From NCBI GenBank assembly GCA_000388065.2, contig KB932208.1: 64,000 nt of DNA, one strand, 5' to 3'. The position numbers were made by a program, and so were the translations under genes. This DNA is from Fonticula alba ATCC 38817. Its lineage: Eukaryota > Protista > Nucleariida. The notes beneath the pieces were generated by a model. It saw only the letters and a program-made list of their open reading frames with translations, was not told the origin of the DNA and did not search any database. Shown piece by piece: positions 60,179-64,000 of this stretch (within the stretch, counting starts at the first letter, position 1; each line of letters starts with the position of its first letter).

Positions 60179-62057
60179 CCCCTGCTCTGGGGCCTTTTGA
60201 GCCCTCGTCTCCGGTCAACACCGCCGACCATGGAGAGCGGGCGGGGGGAGGAGGGTCGGTGGCTGGCCCGGCCACAGGCATAGCTTCGTTCACTGGGTGG
60301 GCCGCGCGGGGTCGGGGCTGGCATCGCCTCTCTTCCGCTCGCCCTCCTGCCGGTGCTGCTGTCGCGAGTCGGCGAGACATCTCATCGGGCAGCGATACGC
60401 ACCGGCGCGCGCCCGCCCGGCTGCCCCCCCCCCCCCCCGCCGTTCCCTCTGCTGTCTTCTTTCTTTTTCTCCCTTGTGAAATGCAACATTCCCCCTCCAA
60501 ATATACCTCCTCATAGACTAGACGCATGTGTGCTCGTGTGTCTGCACGCGGGTGGGCGGAGTCGCCCGGCTGACTCCCCCGCGCCTGTGCCCTGTGTTGG
60601 GCCGTGTTTTGGTGGTCCTCCCTTCTTTCTCCCCTCGCCGGCCCGCCGGCCGGGGGCGCCGCTTCTCCTGGCCCCTCTGCCCGGGTGTGTGCCTTGCGTG
60701 TGCTCGTGGCTGGGGGTGGTCCCCCGGGCGGCCTCCGGCGGCCGGAGGCATGCCGGCCCGCGGGAGCCGGGTGGGTTAACCGTCGCATCGGGACAGTTAA
60801 CCCCGGCGCGTGAGGCCCCCAGCGTCATGGCGTGTCTTGGCGGAATGGTTTCTCGTGTCGGCTCGCGTGATCCTCGGCGGGCGTCGCTCGCATGGGCAAG
60901 GGTTCCCCCCTCTTGCCAAGGGGGGCAGGGGGGAGGGGGAGGGGGGGGGGGCCGCGCGCGCCCGTGCGTGTGCGTCTCCCCCGCCCCTCCCGGGAGGAAA
61001 GCGCGCGCGCATGCGGGACCGCGGGGGCAGGCGGGCAGGTCTCATCTGGGAAATGGGAGTTGGAACGGGGCCGGGCCGGGCTGGGCATGCGCCACCTTTC
61101 GCGCCTTCCTCCCGGGCAAAAGGCGCGCGCGCGCGCGCGTGGGGGTGCCTATGGACCCAAGTACCTGGCTGCCCCTCGGCCGTCCGCGAACGGCCCCGGC
61201 CACCGCCGCGCCGGGGGAGGAGGGGGGGGGGGGGTCGGAGCGCGCCTCTGGCCGGCGGGAACGTCTCCCCCCCCCGGTTGACGGTGCCCCTGTGCGCGCC
61301 CCTTATTACTGGCCCCGGGGGAGTATATTCGGCTGATCGGGGGGAGGGGGGGGGTTGCCCCAGTTGGGGCAGGAACCTCATGCTTTTGTCCCACACCGAG
61401 GCCTGGGCGTCCTGCGCTTTTTTTTTCTGCACCCACGGTCAGCCAGGCAACAATCCCCCGGGCCCGGGGGCGGGGGCGAGGGGGGGGGGGGGGGGGTACA
61501 CGACAGACGGGATCCTTCCGGATCCTGGGCGGGCGTTTTTTTTTATTCCGGTCCCCGGGGTGCCGGGAGCAGCATGTGGCCCCGGGTGCGACATCGGGAG
61601 GGGGCCCGCGAGCAGGCGGGCGGGGCCTGACCGGGGGCGTCCTGCTGGCGGCCCTTGTCGTGCTGCGGCTGTCGCTGCTGCCGGCGTTGGAGCTGCCGGC
61701 GCGCTGGTGTTGCTGCTCCACTGACCGGCGGGGCGCGGCTCCCTTCTTCTTTGGCGCGCGCCCCCCCCCCTCCGGTGGTGCACATTCCACCTCGGGGGGA
61801 AACGACTGCGCCCGGCGCGCCGGGGCGCACACGGTCTCAGAGCGGCAGTCGGCCAGGGCTGTCGAAGGGGCGCGCGCTCGCCGGTGCCAGTGCGCCGGGG
61901 TTGAATGGTGTTCTGCCGCGGTCTGCGGGACTCCTCATGTAGATGAGTCATTCGGGCAAGCTGGCAGCCCGCGCCGGGGGGGGAGAGAGAGAGGGGCCGG
62001 GCGGGAGGGGGAGCGGCCGGCGGCCCGGGCCCCCGGCGGCGTGTGTGCGTGTGTGCG

Positions 62058-62089
<32 letters not shown>

Positions 62090-62838
62090 CGCGTGTGTGG
62101 AGGGCCCGGCTCAGGTTGCTAGTTGTCATATGAGGCTGTGCTCTGCCTGGGGGCGAGGGCGGGCTCGCCGGGCCTTGCCCGAGGCCCCGGCTCGCCGGTC
62201 CCGGTTTCCGCCCGGCGCCCCCCCCCCCCCCGCCTCGGGCCCTCGGGCCGGGCGTGGACGCTTTTTGGCGGTGCCCGTGCGCCGCCGGCGCACGGCACCC
62301 CGGGTCCCGGTCCCGGTTCCGGCGGCGGGGGGGGCTGCAGGCGCAGCAAGACGCGATTGGCTGGCACATGGCGGGGAGTCGCTTCGATTGCCCGGTTGCC
62401 GGGCGGGGGGAGGTGCGCTTCTGCTCCGCGGGGCCCGGGGTGCCCTGGGCGGTGGCGCGGCCGGGAAACGACACCCGGGGGAGGCCGGGGGGGGGGGGGC
62501 GGGGGCGGGGGCCAGGACTCGTGCGCCGGAGTCGCCTGCTTTGGATATTGCCTTCATCTTCATTTCGCTGGTCATTCACAACACCCCGTGCGCTGGAGAT
62601 GTGGGAGGGGGTCGGATTCCCGGAATCCCCTGGTCCGGGGCCCCAGACACCTGTCCCCTTGGGCGCCTGTTGCCGGCTCGCCGTCTCCCGGTGAGTAAGC
62701 GCCGGGCCGCCGGGCCGCCGAGTTGGGCACCGGCGCGGGGCAGTTGTCGTGGCCCGGACCCGGCGGGTTTCCCGGGCCGGGCCCGGGGGTAGGTGGGGGA
62801 GGGGGGGGGGGGGGGGAGGCTGCTGCGTGCGCGGCGAG

Positions 62839-62884
62839 GCGCGGGCGGCGCGGGCGGCGCGGGCGGCGCGGGCGGCGCGGGCGG
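62839..62884 (+). repeat. GC-only 9-bp tandem repeat (GCGCGGGCG)~5
   Basis: Directly visible periodicity in intergenic sequence. Confidence 0.8.
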
Positions 62885-64000
62885 CCGGCTTGCTCCCTGT
62901 CCCGGCCCCTTGCGCCCCCGGCGCCCGAGCCCCTCGGGCAGGGATATTGCCCTCATCTGGCCATCGATCTGCGGGACGACATCTGCCCGGGGCGAGGGGG
63001 GGCGGGGCATGGGCACGCTCGTGCCGACGCGCATGCGGGCGCCGCCCCGGGGAGGCCGCCGCCCCCTGTCCCCCCCGGGTTGNNNNNNNNNNGGACGCCG
63101 TGCGCGCGCCGAAGCCCTCGGGCGAGGCGAGGGCGGGCGGGGGGGGGGGACTGCTGGCTGTGGCCGGGCGCCGTCCGGCCCCGGCCCGGCGCGCCTTGTG
63201 CCCGGCCCGGGGGAGGGCGACAAATTAAGCCTCCTTCGCAAGCGGCAAGGGGCGGCCGGGAGGACGCAGCGCGCGCGCGCGCGCACGCACACACGGGCGA
63301 ACACCGCCCCGGCCGCCACTAAGGTGACACATCCGGCCGGCCCTCGATGGGCGGTGACCGGGCGCGGCCAGCTCGCGGGCCCATGGGCCCGGCGGGCATG
63401 TGTGTGTGTGTGTGTGTGTGCGCACGTCGCCGCCCGGCCCGTCGCTCCGGCCGGCCCGTGGCAAGGGAGGGCACGCCGGGACCCCGCCGGCGGCCGCGGC
63501 CAGCGCCTCGGCCAGCCGCGCCCCCGAGGATCATTAATCGACCGGGCTCCTCTTTGGGGCCTGCCTCTTCGGCCGGACCGCCGGGCGGGATGCGCGAGGC
63601 CCGGCGCCAGGGCCGGGCCGCCGGTTTCATCCCGGCAGATGAGCCGAGTGCGCACGCGCGCGCGCGGCGACGCACACTGGCGCCGAGGGTTGCCCCGCCG
63701 GCGGCCCTTACGTGGCCGTGTGGCCACACACACACACACACACACACACGGTGAGACGTGCCGACTGGCCCGCGCCTGGCGCCATGACCTCCCCCCCCCC
63801 TTGTCGTGGCGGGTGTTTCATTCGCCCTGCGGAGTGGCCGTCGGCGGCGGAGAGTGCGCCCGCCGCCGGGCCGGGGGCCAGCCGGTCGGGCGGGCCCCGG
63901 CCCCGGGCCGACTGGCGCTCGGCTCTGCCAGCCGACCCCGGGCCCCCTCCCCGGTACCGGCGCCTCGCTGCCCGGGCCCGGCCGCCCGGCCCGGGGGCCG

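Noticed and set aside
61943-61951. Perfect AP-1/Gcn4-type site ATGAGTCAT
   Set aside because: A single 9-mer with no assignable target gene; not distinguishable from chance.
60000-64000. Many 100-390 aa ORFs in the terminal GC-rich region
   Set aside because: The translations are R/G/P/A low-complexity products of homopolymers and microsatellites, with no codon bias or domain motif.

Overview
This is eukaryotic, very GC-rich, intron-rich draft genome sequence with long poly-C/G, (CT)n and (CA)n tracts and roughly 4-5 kb of N gaps. The style suggests an opisthokont protist such as the nucleariid Fonticula; that is an inference, not demonstrated. Most ORFs in the supplied track are spurious GC-rich frames. 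Splicing by eye with GT..AG introns gives nine recognisable genes: PUS7 (+), VPS8 (-), COX11 (+), a penta-EF-hand protein (-), UBA1 (-), a divergent C2-WW3-HECT Rsp5/NEDD4 ligase (+), an AADAT/ARO8-like aminotransferase (+), a ROCK-type kinase (+) and a mitochondrial bS18 protein (+). There is also one low-complexity orphan gene. I found no rRNA, tRNA, CRISPR array or mobile element. I see no evidence of a new multi-gene system. The most unusual features are at protein-architecture level: a ROCK-like kinase with two HR1-like repeats plus the C1 finger inside its split PH domain, a ~580-aa bS18m, a VPS8 without its RING finger, a UBA1 with a cryptic NLS-like extension, and a His-repeat penta-EF-hand protein. 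Two apparent tandem duplications in the kinase gene are assembly artefacts, joined by Illumina adapter sequence.
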